In this document: positions 8,516-19,688 of the stretch, piece by piece | Numbering within the stretch: position 1 is the stretch's first letter | Layout: each line of letters begins with the position of its first letter | From: an uncultured Planctomycetota bacterium | Lineage (GTDB): Bacteria > Planctomycetota > JAJSAM01 > JAKLKS01 | Assembly: GCA_964370855.1 (NCBI GenBank) | Contig: CAYJMF010000004.1 | Span: forward strand, 25,258-89,257 | DNA: 64,000 bases | Direction: 5' to 3' | Program-made: the position numbers and the translations under genes | The notes under the pieces: model-generated | Database searches by the model: none | What the model saw: only the letters and a program-made list of their open reading frames with translations | What the model was told of the DNA's origin: nothing

Positions 8516-9780
8516 CCCCGGACCGGAGCCCCCCCCGCGTCCTCGTGGTCGGAGGCGGAATCACCGGGATATCCGCCGCCGTCGAGGCGTCGGAGGCCGG
8601 GGCCGACGTGGTGCTGGTCGAGAAGGATCCGTTCCTCGGGGGGCGGGTCGCCCGCTCCCACCAGTACTTCCCCAAGATGTGTCCCCCCTCCTGCGGTCTG
8701 GAGATCAGCTACCGCCGGCTCCGGACGAGCCCCCGGATCCGCGTGATCACCCTCGGCGAGGTGGAGAGCGTCACGGGCTCCGCGGGGGCCTTCCGCGCCG
8801 TGGTCCGGCGCATGCCCCGGTTCGTGAACGACCGGTGCACCGCCTGCGGTGCGTGCGTGGACGCCTGCCCCGGGGAGCGGGCGGACGACTTCAACGCGGG
8901 GATGGGCAGGACGAAGGCCGTGCACATCCCCCCGGGGATCACCCATCCCGCGATCCACGCCATCGACGCGGAGGCCTGCAGGGGGGCCGCGTGCGGAAAG
9001 TGCCTCCCCGCCTGCGCCTACGGCGCCATCGACCTCGCCATGAAGCCCGTGACGGAGACCATCGACGTCGATTCCGTCATCTGGGCCACGGGCTGGCGGC
9101 CGCCCGACGCCTCCCGCCTCGAGGGGCTCGGCTTCGGGGTCCACCGGGACGTGATCACCAACGTGATGATGGAGCGCCTCGCCGCCCCGACGGGGCCCAC
9201 GGGGGGGGGGATCGTGCGCCCCTCCGACGGGAAGGCGCCCTCCTCCGTCGCCTTCGTGCAGTGCGCGGGATCCCGGGACGTGAACCACCAGGCCTGGTGC
9301 TCGGGGGTCTGCTGCATGGCAAGCCTCAAGCAGGCGCGTTACGTCCGCGAGAAGTGCCCCGAGGCGGAGGTCTTCGTGTTCTACATCGACATCCGGGCCC
9401 CGGGCCGCATGGAGGACTTCTTCGAGGAGGCCAAGAGGGACGAACGGTTCCACCTCGTCCGCGGGAAGGCCGCGAAGGTGGCGGAGGAGGACGGGGCCCT
9501 GATCGTCGAGGCCGAGGACACCTTCACGGGGGACATGGTGGAGCGGAAGGTGGACCTCGTCGTCCTCGCGACCGGAATGGCTCCCGCGGGCACGGGGGAG
9601 GCGAGGATCGACGGGGGCCCGCGGAAGGACGAGTTCGGCTTCCTTCTCGGGGACCAGCCCCTGGCGGGGATGTTCGCCGCCGGGTGCACCCGGCGGCCGG
9701 CGGACGTCGCCACCTGCGTGCGTGACGCCACGGGGACGGCACTGCGGGCCCTGGAGTTCCACCCGGGGGCCCACGCATGA
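8512..9780 (+). CDS. qmoA: quinone-interacting membrane-bound oxidoreductase subunit A (HdrA-like flavoprotein)
   Basis: FAD fold VLVVGGGITGISAA. HdrA-like Cys cluster. Position directly after aprBA. Confidence 0.9.
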   Translation: MTPDRSPPRVLVVGGGITGISAAVEASEAGADVVLVEKDPFLGGRVARSHQYFPKMCPPSCGLEISYRRLRTSPRIRVITLGEVESVTGSAGAFRAVVRRMPRFVNDRCTACGACVDACPGERADDFNAGMGRTKAVHIPPGITHPAIHAIDAEACRGAACGKCLPACAYGAIDLAMKPVTETIDVDSVIWATGWRPPDASRLEGLGFGVHRDVITNVMMERLAAPTGPTGGGIVRPSDGKAPSSVAFVQCAGSRDVNHQAWCSGVCCMASLKQARYVREKCPEAEVFVFYIDIRAPGRMEDFFEEAKRDERFHLVRGKAAKVAEEDGALIVEAEDTFTGDMVERKVDLVVLATGMAPAGTGEARIDGGPRKDEFGFLLGDQPLAGMFAAGCTRRPADVATCVRDATGTALRALEFHPGAHA

Positions 9781-12026
9781 GCGCCCGGACCGCCGTCTAC
9801 GTCTGCAGGGGATGCGGGATCGGCGAGGCCATGGACGTCGAGGCCCTGAGGGAGGCCGCGTCCGCCGAGGAGGGCGTCGACCTCTGCAGGGACCACGCCT
9901 GCCTCTGCGGGGACGAGGGGCGCGCCCTGCTGGCGGCGGACGCCCGGGACGGCGTCTCCCGCATGGTGGTGGGGGCCTGCTCGCCCCGGTTCAAGGCCGA
10001 AGCCTTCGCCTTCGACGGGTGCGCCACGGAGCGCGTGAACCTGCGCGAGTTCGTGGCCTGGAGCCACGAGCCCGGCCACGAGGACACCCGGATGCTCGCC
10101 GAGGACTACCTCCGCATGGGGATCGCCCGGGCCCGCAAGGTCCAGCGGCCGGAGCCCCCGCGGGAGGAGATCGACGGGACTGTGCTGGTGGTGGGCGGCG
10201 GGGCCGCCGGGCTGGAGGCCGCCCTCGGCGCCGCCCGCGCGGGGTCGAAGGTCGTCCTCGTCGAGAAGGAGGACCGCCTCGGAGGGTGGATGGGGCGCTT
10301 CGCCCGCGGGATCCCCCACGGCCCGGACTGGCGCGAGCCCGTGGCCGACGGCATGCGGCGGCGCATCGAGGAGGTCGAGGCCCACGAGGGGATCCGGGTC
10401 CTCACGGGAGCGAACGTCCGGTCCTGCAGGGGGCAGCCGGGCCGGTTCGACGTCGAGGTGGAGGTCCGGGGAGCGGCGGAGCCCCTCCGGGTCGGCGCCG
10501 TGATCCAGGCCACGGGCTGGATCCCCTACGACGCCTCGAAGCTCGGGCATCTCGGCTACGGCCGATCCCCCGACGTGATCACCAACGTCCGGATGGAGGA
10601 GATGATCGCCGCGGGGGCGATCCGGCGCCCCGGCGACGGGAAGCCGCCCCGCCGCATCGCCTTCATCCAGTGCGCCGGGTCGCGGGACGCGAACCACCTG
10701 CCCTACTGCTCGGCGGTCTGCTGCCGGGTGAGCCTCAAGCAGGCCATCGTCGCCCGCGGGCTCGAACCGTCGGCGGAGGTCTACGTCCTGTACAGGGACC
10801 TCCGGGCGCCGGGGCAGTACGAGGAGTTCTACCGGCGGGCACAGGAGGACCCGGGCATCTTCTTCACGAGGGCCGAGGTCCTCGGCGTCGAGCCCGTCGA
10901 CGGCGGCGCCCTGCGGATCCGGGCGGGCGAGGGGCTCCTCGGGAAGGGGTTCGAGATCGAGGCCGATCTCGTCGTCCTCGCCACGGGCATGGTCCCCCGG
11001 GCCGCGGACGGCGAGGCCCTGCGCCAGCTCGCCGACGCGAAGGCCGTGGTGGCGAAGGGGGAGCCCGGGACCCAGCTCGACGCCGCCCGGGCGACCGTGG
11101 AACGGCTGGCCCGCCACGAGGGGACTTCCATCCTCAACCTCGACTACAGGCAGGGACCGGACCTCCCCGCCCTCCGGTACGACTTCCCCGACTCCCACTT
11201 CATCTGCTTCCCCTACGAGACGCGGCGCACGGGGATCCTGGCCGCGGGCTGCACGCGGGCCCCCGCGGACTCGCAGGCTTCGAGGGAGGACGGGGCGGGA
11301 GCCGCGCTCAAGGCGATCCAGACCCTGGAGGTCGCCCGCAGGGGGGAGACGGCGCATCCCCGGTGGGGGGACGCCTCCCGGCCCGACTTCGCGCTGCAGC
11401 GCTGCACCCAGTGCAAGCGGTGCACCGAGGAGTGCCCCTTCGGGACCCTGAACGAGGACGCCAAGGGGACCCCCCAGCCCAATCCCACGAGGTGCCGCCG
11501 CTGCGGCATCTGCATGGGAGCCTGTCCGGAGCGCATCATCTCCTTCGGCGACTACAGCGTGGACATCATCTCCTCGATGATCAAGTCGGTGCACATCCCC
11601 GAGGAGTTCGACGAGAAGCCCCGCATCCTCGGCTTCCTCTGCGAGAACGACGCCTACCCGGCCCTGGACACGGCGGGGCTCCGGAGAATCCGGCACAGCG
11701 CGTGGATCCGCTTCATCCCGGTGCGGTGCCTGGGCTCCGTGAACGTGGTCTTCGTGGCCGACGCGCTGGCCCGGGGCTTCGACGGGATCCTGATGGTGGG
11801 GTGCAGGCCGGGAGCGGACTACCAGTGCCACTTCGTCCGCGGCAGCGAGCTGATGAAGACCCGGAGCACGAACATCCGCGAGAAGCTGAAGCAGCTGGCC
11901 CTCGAGGAGGAGCGCGTCCGCCTGGTGGAGCTATCCATCGCCGAGTTCGAGAGGCTGCCCCAGGTCATCGACGAGTTCGCGGCGAAGATCGTCGAGATGG
12001 GGCCCAGCCCCTTCAAGGGGTTCTGA
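9777..12026 (+). CDS. qmoB: quinone-interacting membrane-bound oxidoreductase subunit B (HdrA-like with MvhD-like C-terminus)
   Basis: 749 aa. Two HdrA-like regions and ferredoxin Cys motifs. The start overlaps the qmoA stop. Confidence 0.9.
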   Translation: MSARTAVYVCRGCGIGEAMDVEALREAASAEEGVDLCRDHACLCGDEGRALLAADARDGVSRMVVGACSPRFKAEAFAFDGCATERVNLREFVAWSHEPGHEDTRMLAEDYLRMGIARARKVQRPEPPREEIDGTVLVVGGGAAGLEAALGAARAGSKVVLVEKEDRLGGWMGRFARGIPHGPDWREPVADGMRRRIEEVEAHEGIRVLTGANVRSCRGQPGRFDVEVEVRGAAEPLRVGAVIQATGWIPYDASKLGHLGYGRSPDVITNVRMEEMIAAGAIRRPGDGKPPRRIAFIQCAGSRDANHLPYCSAVCCRVSLKQAIVARGLEPSAEVYVLYRDLRAPGQYEEFYRRAQEDPGIFFTRAEVLGVEPVDGGALRIRAGEGLLGKGFEIEADLVVLATGMVPRAADGEALRQLADAKAVVAKGEPGTQLDAARATVERLARHEGTSILNLDYRQGPDLPALRYDFPDSHFICFPYETRRTGILAAGCTRAPADSQASREDGAGAALKAIQTLEVARRGETAHPRWGDASRPDFALQRCTQCKRCTEECPFGTLNEDAKGTPQPNPTRCRRCGICMGACPERIISFGDYSVDIISSMIKSVHIPEEFDEKPRILGFLCENDAYPALDTAGLRRIRHSAWIRFIPVRCLGSVNVVFVADALARGFDGILMVGCRPGADYQCHFVRGSELMKTRSTNIREKLKQLALEEERVRLVELSIAEFERLPQVIDEFAAKIVEMGPSPFKGF

Positions 12027-12027
12027 G

Positions 12028-13278
12028 GTGGCGACCGCCCTCCCGACCGCGCCGCTCCTGCGGCCCGACAGGGAGTTCGTGGAGGCGGTGATGGCCGCTG
12101 GCGGAGGGGACCTCAAGCGGTGCTTCCAGTGCGCCACCTGCTCCGTGGTCTGCGACCTCTCGGGGGAGAACGGGACCTTCCCGAGGAGGCAGATGCTCTG
12201 GGCCCAGTGGGGCCTCAAGGAGCGGCTCTTCTCCGATCCCGGGATCTGGCTCTGCCACCGGTGCGGCGACTGCTCCGAGCGGTGTCCCCGGGCCGCCCGT
12301 CCGGGGGACGTCATGGCCGCCGTGCGGAGGATGGTGATGGAGCACCATGCCGTCCCCCGCTCCTTCGCCTCCCTGGTGAACCGGCCATGGGGGCTCCCCG
12401 CGATGCTGGTCGTCCCGGCCGTCCTCCTGACGGCGGCGGTCCTCCTCCGGGAACCCCTCGGTGCCGCCCTCGGGATGGAGCCCCACGCTCCGGCGGAGGG
12501 TTTCTCCTTCGCCGCGTTCCTTCCCCACTGGCTCCTCGTGGGGTTCTTCTCCCTCTTCGCCGGCCTCGCGGCGGCGGCGGCGGCGGCGGGGGCCTGGAGA
12601 TTCTGGCGGGGCCTCGAGGCCGCGGCGCCCGCGGCGGGGACCGGGCGGCCGGTCCCGGGGATCCCGGCCGCCCTCTACCGCGTCCTCCGATCCGCCCTCG
12701 TCCACGAGAAGTTCGCGAGGTGCGGGGTGCGAAGGTCCGCCCGGGCGACCCACATGATGGTGGTCTACGGGTTCCTGGCGCTGTTCGCGACCACCGTCTG
12801 GGCCGTGATCGACCTCTACCTGGTCCCCCTGCTCGGAGGGAAGGCGGGCTATCCCTACGGCCCGTTCCACCCGGTGAAGTTCCTCGCCAACGCGGGCGCG
12901 ATCCTCCTGGTCGTCGGGGCGGGGAGGGCGCTCCTCGGCCGGTTCGGGGAGTCCGCCGTCGAGTCGAGCACGGCCTTCGACCTGAACTTCTCGGGCCTCC
13001 TCCTGGGTGTCGGCCTGACGGGAATCGCCCTGGAGGTCCTGCGGTTCTCCGCCGGGGCGGAGCCGGGGCGGGGATTCGTGGAGTTCACCATCGCCCTGTA
13101 CCTGGTGCACCTCACCCTCGTGTTCGGCCTCCTCGTCTACCTCCCGTACTCCAAGTTCGCGCACGTCATCTACCGGACGGTGGCCCTCGTCCACGCCGAG
13201 CGCGTCGGCGGGAGACGGGGGGCCTCCGGGAACGCGGTCGCCGCCGGTGCGGCGCCCGGGACGAAGGGACTCGTGTGA
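12028..13278 (+). CDS. qmoC: quinone-interacting membrane-bound oxidoreductase subunit C (HdrC/HdrE-like, membrane haem b)
   Basis: N-terminal CxxCxxC..CP ferredoxin-like region plus C-terminal NarI-like transmembrane helices. GTG start 2 nt after the qmoB stop. Confidence 0.85.
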   Translation: MATALPTAPLLRPDREFVEAVMAAGGGDLKRCFQCATCSVVCDLSGENGTFPRRQMLWAQWGLKERLFSDPGIWLCHRCGDCSERCPRAARPGDVMAAVRRMVMEHHAVPRSFASLVNRPWGLPAMLVVPAVLLTAAVLLREPLGAALGMEPHAPAEGFSFAAFLPHWLLVGFFSLFAGLAAAAAAAGAWRFWRGLEAAAPAAGTGRPVPGIPAALYRVLRSALVHEKFARCGVRRSARATHMMVVYGFLALFATTVWAVIDLYLVPLLGGKAGYPYGPFHPVKFLANAGAILLVVGAGRALLGRFGESAVESSTAFDLNFSGLLLGVGLTGIALEVLRFSAGAEPGRGFVEFTIALYLVHLTLVFGLLVYLPYSKFAHVIYRTVALVHAERVGGRRGASGNAVAAGAAPGTKGLV

Positions 13279-13291
13279 AAGGGGGACTCGG

Positions 13292-14530
13292 ATGGCCAAG
13301 CTCGTGAATCCTCACGGCCGCGACAAGGTGCTGATGCCGCTGCTCCTGAAGGGGAGGGAACTGGAGGAGGGGAAGAAGCGGGCCGCGACCCTGAAGCGGA
13401 TCCCCATCACCTCCAGGGAGACGGGCGACGCGATCATGCTGGGCATCGGCGGATTCACCCCCCTTCGCGGCTACATGGGAAGCGCGGACTGGAAGGGCGT
13501 CGTGAAGGAGATGAGGACCGCCGACGGCACCTTCTGGCCCATCCCCGTCACGGTCTCCGCCACGAAGGAGGATGCGGCCGCGATCAAGACGGGCGCCGAC
13601 GTGACCCTGGTGGACGAGGAGACGGGGATCGACCTGGCCATCCTGCGGGTGGAGGAGAAGTACTCCATCGACAAGGCGCTCGAGTGCAAGGAGGTCTTCC
13701 GCACCAACGACGGGGAGCACCCCGGCGTGAAGATGGTGATGGGGCAGAAGGACGTGAACCTGGGCGGGCCGCTCCAGGTGCTCAGCGAGAGCTACTTCCC
13801 CACGGAGTTCAAGGACGTCTACATGCGCCCGGCCGAGACCCGCCGGATGTTCGAGGAGCGCGGGTGGAAGACCGTGGCCGCCCTCCAGCTCCGCAACCCG
13901 ATGCACCGCTCCCACGAGTACCTGGCGAAGATCGCCCTCGAGGTGCTGGACGGCCTCTTCATCCACCAGCTCGTCGGCAAGCTGAAGCCGGGCGACATCC
14001 CCGCGGCCGTCCGGGTCCGCTGCATCGACACGCTCGTGGAGAAGTACTTCGTGAAGAACACCGCCATCCAGGGGGGGTACCCGCTGGACATGCGCTACGC
14101 CGGCCCCCGCGAGGCCCTCCTGCACGCGGCCTTCCGCCAGAACTACGGGTGCAGCCACCTCATCGTCGGCCGCGACCACGCGGGCGTGGGGGACTACTAC
14201 GGTCCCTTCGACGCGCAGAGGATCTTCGAGGAGATCCCGAAAGGCTCCCTGGAGATCCAGCCCCTGAAGATCGACTGGACCTTCCACTGCTCCAAGTGCC
14301 GCGGGATGGCCTCCATGAAGACCTGCCCGCACGGCAAGGAGGACCGCCTCATGCTCAGCGGGACGGTGCTCCGCAAGACGCTCTCCGAGGGCGGCGAGGT
14401 CCATCCCGACTTCAGCCGGCCGGAGGTGCTGGCGATCCTCAGGGAGTACTACGCGGGCCTGGAGACGAAGGTGGAGGTGAAGCTGCACGGGGCCGCCACG
14501 GGGAAGGCCGCCGGGGGGGCCGGGCGCTGA
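13292..14530 (+). CDS. sat: sulfate adenylyltransferase (ATP sulfurylase)
   Basis: 413 aa. Motifs [13 protein letters not shown] and GRDHAGVG typical of Sat. Confidence 0.95.
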   Translation: MAKLVNPHGRDKVLMPLLLKGRELEEGKKRAATLKRIPITSRETGDAIMLGIGGFTPLRGYMGSADWKGVVKEMRTADGTFWPIPVTVSATKEDAAAIKTGADVTLVDEETGIDLAILRVEEKYSIDKALECKEVFRTNDGEHPGVKMVMGQKDVNLGGPLQVLSESYFPTEFKDVYMRPAETRRMFEERGWKTVAALQLRNPMHRSHEYLAKIALEVLDGLFIHQLVGKLKPGDIPAAVRVRCIDTLVEKYFVKNTAIQGGYPLDMRYAGPREALLHAAFRQNYGCSHLIVGRDHAGVGDYYGPFDAQRIFEEIPKGSLEIQPLKIDWTFHCSKCRGMASMKTCPHGKEDRLMLSGTVLRKTLSEGGEVHPDFSRPEVLAILREYYAGLETKVEVKLHGAATGKAAGGAGR

Positions 14531-14541
14531 GGAGGGGTGTC

Positions 14542-14922
14542 GTGGACCTGATCACGGTCTCGAGGAAGTCCGGTCCGGAGTTCGAGGTGCGCGTGCGCGG
14601 GCACGTCGTGCGGACCAGCCTGGCCGGGGGAGGCGGGGGTTTCACCCCGGCCGAGCTCCTGGCCGGGTCCCTCGGGGCGTGCATCGCGATGCTCCTGCAG
14701 GACCGGTGCGATCGGGAGGGGCACGCGGACGGGGAGGTCGCCGTGAACCTCGCGCTGGAGCTGGCCGAGGACCCGAAGCGCGTGGGCTCCATCTTCGTCG
14801 ACGTCGACCTCCCCGCCGACGTGCCGGAGGAGCAGAAGGAGCGGATCCGCCTGCTGGCCGGGCGCTGCGTCATCCACGAGACGCTGGCCCGGCCGCCGCG
14901 CATCGACATCGAGGTCGCTTGA
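14542..14922 (+). CDS. OsmC/Ohr-family protein
   Basis: ~126 aa. The TPAELLAGSLGACIAM motif contains the conserved Cys of the OsmC fold. Confidence 0.65.
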   Translation: MDLITVSRKSGPEFEVRVRGHVVRTSLAGGGGGFTPAELLAGSLGACIAMLLQDRCDREGHADGEVAVNLALELAEDPKRVGSIFVDVDLPADVPEEQKERIRLLAGRCVIHETLARPPRIDIEVA

Positions 14923-14986
14923 GGCTCACCCGGCACCGCCGGGCCGAGAGGCCCGTCCCGGGCCGGACAAGGAACGGAGGCGTGCG

Positions 14987-15304
14987 ATGGAAAAGAAGCT
15001 GTTCGGCGGCAAGGAGCTCGAGATCGACGAGGACGGGTTCATCCAGGATCCCGCGGGATGGGACGAGGCCGTCGCCGCGGACCTCGCGAAGACGGAAGGC
15101 GTCGTGCAGATGACCGAGCAGCACTGGAAGGTCGTCCGGTACCTGCGCGACTACTACATGCAGTACAACATGGCGCCCATGATCCGGAAGCTCTGCAAGG
15201 AGTCCGGGTTCAAGCTGAAGGAGATCTACGACCTGTTCCCGAGCGGCCCCGCGAAGGGGGCCTGCAAGGTGGCCGGGCTCCCGAAGCCCACCGGGTGCGT
15301 CTGA
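14987..15304 (+). CDS. dsrC: DsrC (TusE/DsrC family sulfur-relay protein)
   Basis: 105 aa. C-terminal arm ...GLPKPTGCV carries the two conserved DsrC cysteines. Confidence 0.9.
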   Translation: MEKKLFGGKELEIDEDGFIQDPAGWDEAVAADLAKTEGVVQMTEQHWKVVRYLRDYYMQYNMAPMIRKLCKESGFKLKEIYDLFPSGPAKGACKVAGLPKPTGCV

Positions 15305-15309
15305 TCGAC

Positions 15310-15855
15310 ATGGGTCTCGTCGCCCTCCTGCAGGAGCGGAAGGAAGCCGTCCTCGAACGGTGGGTCGACGCGATTCTGGCGACCTACCCCGGGAAGGGCG
15401 CAGCCCTCTTCCGCGGCCAGAGGGACCCGTTCGCCAATCCCGTCGGCCACGGGATCCGGACGGGGACCCGGGGAGTCCTCGACGCCCTGCTCGCGGGCGA
15501 CGACGTCTCCGGGGTCCGGGAGGCGATCAGGGACATCGTCTCCATCCGCTGCGTGCAGCAGTTCCCCCCCTCCGTGGCCGTGGGGTTCGTGCTCGGCCTC
15601 AAGGGCGCGATCCGCGCCGTGCTCGCGGTCGATCTCGACGATCCCGGACTCGAGCGGAAGATGGTCGCGCTCGAGGAACGGATCGACGGGGCGGCCCTCG
15701 TCGCCTTCGATCTCTACCTCGAGTGCCGGGAGCGGGTCTCGGAGCTCCGGATCAACGAGGTGAAGCGGAGGGTGGCGTGGGTGGTGGAGCGGGCGAACCG
15801 GGAAGCCCCCCCGGGGGAGCCGGCCCCCGCGGGCGCCGGGAAGGAGTCGGGATGA
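15310..15855 (+). CDS. hypothetical protein in the dsrT position (between dsrC and dsrM); DsrT-like by context
   Basis: 181 aa. Translationally coupled to dsrM (ATGA overlap). No family confidently recognised from sequence alone. Confidence 0.4.
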   Translation: MGLVALLQERKEAVLERWVDAILATYPGKGAALFRGQRDPFANPVGHGIRTGTRGVLDALLAGDDVSGVREAIRDIVSIRCVQQFPPSVAVGFVLGLKGAIRAVLAVDLDDPGLERKMVALEERIDGAALVAFDLYLECRERVSELRINEVKRRVAWVVERANREAPPGEPAPAGAGKESG

Positions 15856-16847
15856 AGGTCCTGATCCCGCTGGCCGCCGTCGCCGCGCTCTTCCTCCTTG
15901 CGTTCCTCGGGGCGGGTGCCGGGGCGGAGCGGGTCCTCGGCGTCGCGGTCCCGTACGCCGCCCTGGGGATCCTCGTCGCCGGCCTCGTCCACCGGATCCT
16001 CGGGTGGGCGATGGTCCCCGTCCCGTTCCGCATCCCCACGACGAGCGGGCAGCAGAGGTCCCTCCCGTGGATCCGGAACGCACCGCTGGACAATCCCCAC
16101 ACGCGGGCCGGGGTGGTCGGGAGGATGGCGCTGGAGGTCCTCTGCTTCCGGTCCCTCCTCCTCAACACCAGGACGGAGATGACCCGGGACGGGAGGCTCG
16201 TCTACGGGACCAGCCTCGGCCTGTGGGCGGGGGCCCTCGCGATGCACTGGGCGCTGCTGGTCGTCCTCTTCAGGCACCTCCGCTTCGCGTTCCGCTCCGT
16301 TCCCGCTCCCGTGGCCTTCGTGGAGGGGGCGGATTCGTTCCTCGCGCCGGGGATGCCGGCGGTCTACCTGTCCGGCGCGCTCCTCGTCGCCGGCCTCCTG
16401 TACCTGCTGGCGCGGAGGGTCGCCTCCCCCCAGGTGCGCTACATCTCCCTCGCGGCGGACTACTTCCCCCTGTTCCTGCTCCTCGGGATCGGCGTGAGCG
16501 GCATCTGGATGCGGCATCTCTCCAGGACCGACGTCGCGGGGATCAAGGAGCTGGCGGTGGGGCTGGCGACCTTCTCCCCCGTGGTGCCCGGGGGGCTGTC
16601 TCCGCTCTTCTTCGGCCACCTGTTCCTCGTCTCCGTCCTCCTGGCGAGTCTCCCGTTCAGCAAGCTGCTCCACGCCCCCGGGGTGTTCTTCAGCCCGACC
16701 CGGAACATGGCGAACACGAACCGGGAGGTCCGGCACGTCAACCCGTGGGACTACCCGGTGAAGGTGCACACCTACGACGAGTACGAGGACGAGTTGAGGG
16801 AGAAGATGATCTCCGCGGGACTCCCGGTGGAGAGGGAACGCCCATGA
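15852..16847 (+). CDS. dsrM: DsrM (NarI-like membrane dihaem cytochrome b)
   Basis: Multi-pass membrane protein with the LPFSKLLH motif. Directly upstream of dsrK. Confidence 0.85.
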   Translation: MKVLIPLAAVAALFLLAFLGAGAGAERVLGVAVPYAALGILVAGLVHRILGWAMVPVPFRIPTTSGQQRSLPWIRNAPLDNPHTRAGVVGRMALEVLCFRSLLLNTRTEMTRDGRLVYGTSLGLWAGALAMHWALLVVLFRHLRFAFRSVPAPVAFVEGADSFLAPGMPAVYLSGALLVAGLLYLLARRVASPQVRYISLAADYFPLFLLLGIGVSGIWMRHLSRTDVAGIKELAVGLATFSPVVPGGLSPLFFGHLFLVSVLLASLPFSKLLHAPGVFFSPTRNMANTNREVRHVNPWDYPVKVHTYDEYEDELREKMISAGLPVERERP

Positions 16848-18469
16848 CCCGCCCCGACGAGCCGGGCCACTACAGGCGGGACGAGCTCCTGGGGGTCGAC
16901 TGGCTCCCCCCCGGCACCCCCTGGATGCGCACGCCCGTGGACCTCCGTCCCGGCACCTTCATCTACCCCGGGAAGCCGAAGCACCTCGAGACCCTGGGTC
17001 TGCCCCATCCGAGGGAGTGGGCCGTCACGGACAGGGACTGGAAGCTCCCGGAGGGATGGAGGGAGACCGTCCTCGGAGGGATGGCGGAGCGCCTGTCGCG
17101 CTACCGCAGCTTCAAGGTGTTCATGGACACCTGCGTCCGGTGCGGGGCGTGCGCCGACAAGTGCCACTTCTTCATCGGGAGCGGAGACCCGAAGAACATG
17201 CCGGTCCTGCGGGCCGAGCTCCTGCGGGCCGTCTACCGCGGGAACTTCACGGCCCTCGGGCGGGTCCTCGGCGAGCTCGCGGGAGGCCGGGAGCTGACCG
17301 AGGACGTCATCAAGGAGTGGTTCTACTACTTCTTCCAGTGCACGGAGTGCCGCCGCTGCTCGGTCTTCTGCCCCTACGGGATCGACACCGCCGAGATCAC
17401 CATGATGGGCCGGGAGCTGCTGGGGCTCCTCGGGCTCTACGTCAACTGGGTCATCGAGCCCGTGGCCAACTGCTTCCGCTTCGGGAACCACCTCGGCATC
17501 CAGCCCCACGGCATGGTGGACACGCTGGAGTTCATGGTGGACGACATCGAGGAGGCCACAGGGATCCGCGTGGACCTCCCCATCAACAAGAAGGGCGCGG
17601 AGATCCTCTTCGTCACCCCGTCGGGGGACTTCGTCGCCGATCCCGGCGTCTACACGTGCATGGCCTACATGCTCCTCTTCCACGAGCTGGGCATCGACTA
17701 CACGTGGAGCACCTACGCGTCCGACGGCGGGAACTTCGGCCTCTTCACCTCCCACGAGGCGATGAAGCGCCTCAACGCCAAGATCTACGCCGAGGCCAGG
17801 CGCCTCGGGGTGAAGTGGATCCTCGGCGGGGAGTGCGGGCACATGTGGCGCGTGCTGCACCAGTACATGGACACCATGAACGGGCCCGCGGACTTCCTCG
17901 AGGTGCCGAGGTCCCCGGTCACGGGCACCGTCTTCGAGCACGCCCGCTCCACGAAGATGATCCACATCATGGAGTTCCTGGCCGACGTGATCCGCAACGG
18001 GAAGCTGAAGCTGGATCCGTCCCGGAACGACCACATCAGGGTCACCTTCCACGACTCCTGCAACCCGGCGCGGTCCATGGGGATCCTCGAGGAGCCGCGC
18101 TACGTCCTGCGGAACGTCTGCAACCACTTCTTCGAGATGCCCGAGAACACGATCCGGGAGAAGACCTTCTGCTGCGGCGGGGGGGCGGGCCTGGGCACCG
18201 ACGAGAACATGGAGATGCGCCTGCGGGGGGGGATGCCGAGGGGCAGCGCCGTGCGCCACGTCAGGGACCTCCACGGGGTGAACTTCCTCGCCGCGATGTG
18301 CGCCATCGACCGGGCCACCCTCGTCACCGTCTGCGACTACTGGGCCCCCGGGGTCAAGGTGACGGGAATCAGCGAGCTGGTCGCCAACGCCGCGGTGTTC
18401 CGCGGGGAGAAGGAGCGGACCCACAACCTGCGCCTCGAGCCCGTCCCCGGAGCGGCCCTCCATGCGTGA
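16844..18469 (+). CDS. dsrK: DsrK (HdrD-like CCG-domain iron-sulfur protein)
   Basis: CxxCxxCxxxCP ferredoxin motifs plus CCG-domain motifs (FHDSCN, FCCGGGAG). Confidence 0.9.
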   Translation: MTRPDEPGHYRRDELLGVDWLPPGTPWMRTPVDLRPGTFIYPGKPKHLETLGLPHPREWAVTDRDWKLPEGWRETVLGGMAERLSRYRSFKVFMDTCVRCGACADKCHFFIGSGDPKNMPVLRAELLRAVYRGNFTALGRVLGELAGGRELTEDVIKEWFYYFFQCTECRRCSVFCPYGIDTAEITMMGRELLGLLGLYVNWVIEPVANCFRFGNHLGIQPHGMVDTLEFMVDDIEEATGIRVDLPINKKGAEILFVTPSGDFVADPGVYTCMAYMLLFHELGIDYTWSTYASDGGNFGLFTSHEAMKRLNAKIYAEARRLGVKWILGGECGHMWRVLHQYMDTMNGPADFLEVPRSPVTGTVFEHARSTKMIHIMEFLADVIRNGKLKLDPSRNDHIRVTFHDSCNPARSMGILEEPRYVLRNVCNHFFEMPENTIREKTFCCGGGAGLGTDENMEMRLRGGMPRGSAVRHVRDLHGVNFLAAMCAIDRATLVTVCDYWAPGVKVTGISELVANAAVFRGEKERTHNLRLEPVPGAALHA

Positions 18470-18836
18470 CCGGCGGTGGATCGGACCGGGAGCCGGGCTC
18501 CTCGGCGCCGCCGTCGTGTTCGGCGCATGGTACGGGGTCGCCGCCGGGGACGGCCCCCCCCGGCCGCGGCCGGAGCTCCCGCGCGACGGCTCCCGCTGCG
18601 TCGAGCCCGCAGCCTGGATGAGGGCGAACCACCCGGCGCTGCTCGACCGCTGGCGCAACGAGGTCGTCCGGGAGGGCCGGAGGGAGTACAGGTCCTCGAC
18701 GGGCGGGACCCACGTCATGAGCCTCACGGGGACGTGCCTCCGGTGCCACGGGGGAAGGGCGGCCTTCTGCAACCGCTGCCACGACTACGCCGGCGTCAAC
18801 GAGACCTGCTGGGAGTGCCATGTCGGACCCGTGTAG
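18462..18836 (+). CDS. dsrJ: DsrJ (trihaem cytochrome c)
   Basis: Three CxxCH motifs (CLRCH, CNRCH, CWECH). ~124 aa. Confidence 0.8.
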   Translation: MRDRRWIGPGAGLLGAAVVFGAWYGVAAGDGPPRPRPELPRDGSRCVEPAAWMRANHPALLDRWRNEVVREGRREYRSSTGGTHVMSLTGTCLRCHGGRAAFCNRCHDYAGVNETCWECHVGPV

Positions 18837-19647
18837 GACCGCGGGGCCGGACGGGAGCCGACGCCGCTTCCTCAAGGAGGCGGCGGGGACGGTGCTGGGC
18901 CTCGGATGGGGCCTGCCCCTGCTGGCCGCCGGCTGCGGGACCCCTCCGGAAGGGGCGGAGGGCGGAGCGCCGTCCCGGCAGTGGGCCATGATCGTGGACG
19001 TCGAGAAGTGCCGGAGCGAAGCGGTGCGGCGCGCCTGCATCGATGCCTGCGACAGGGAGCACAACGTTCCGCGCATCCCGGATCCCGAGGAGCAGGTCAA
19101 GTGGATCTGGGAGGCGGAGCACGCGAAGGTGTTCCCCGAGCTCGTCCATCGGAACACCCCCGGGGAGTCCCGGCGTGCGCCGGTCCTGGTGCTGTGCAAC
19201 CACTGCACGAACCCGCCCTGCACCGCGGTCTGCCCGACGGGGGCGACCTGGAAGCGCGACACCGACGGGATCGTGATGATGGACATGCACCGGTGCATCG
19301 GGTGCCGGTACTGCATGGCGGCCTGCCCCTACGGGGCGCGCAGCTTCAACTGGCGGGACCCCCGGCCGCACGTCCCGACGGGCGTGGACGGCCAGCCCGC
19401 CTCGTCCTACCCCACCCGTACCCGCGGGGTGGTGGAGAAGTGCAATTTCTGCGTGGAGCGGATCGCGGAGGGCAGGCGCCCCGCGTGCGTGGAGGCCGCC
19501 GACTCCGTCGAGGGCGGCAGGGGGGCGCTGGTCTTCGGGGACACGGGCGATCCGGACTCCGAGGCGAGCCGTCTCCTGGCCGGAAGGAGGACCGTCGTCC
19601 GGAGGAGCCAGCTGGGGACGGGGCCCAATACGTACTACGTCGTCTGA
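18820..19647 (+). CDS. dsrO: DsrO (periplasmic 4Fe-4S ferredoxin, Tat signal)
   Basis: RRRFLK twin-arginine motif. Multiple CxxCxxCxxxCP clusters. Confidence 0.85.
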   Translation: MSDPCRTAGPDGSRRRFLKEAAGTVLGLGWGLPLLAAGCGTPPEGAEGGAPSRQWAMIVDVEKCRSEAVRRACIDACDREHNVPRIPDPEEQVKWIWEAEHAKVFPELVHRNTPGESRRAPVLVLCNHCTNPPCTAVCPTGATWKRDTDGIVMMDMHRCIGCRYCMAACPYGARSFNWRDPRPHVPTGVDGQPASSYPTRTRGVVEKCNFCVERIAEGRRPACVEAADSVEGGRGALVFGDTGDPDSEASRLLAGRRTVVRRSQLGTGPNTYYVV

Positions 19648-19688
19648 GCCGAACCCGGCCGGCGCCGGGGTGAATTCGAGGGAGCAGG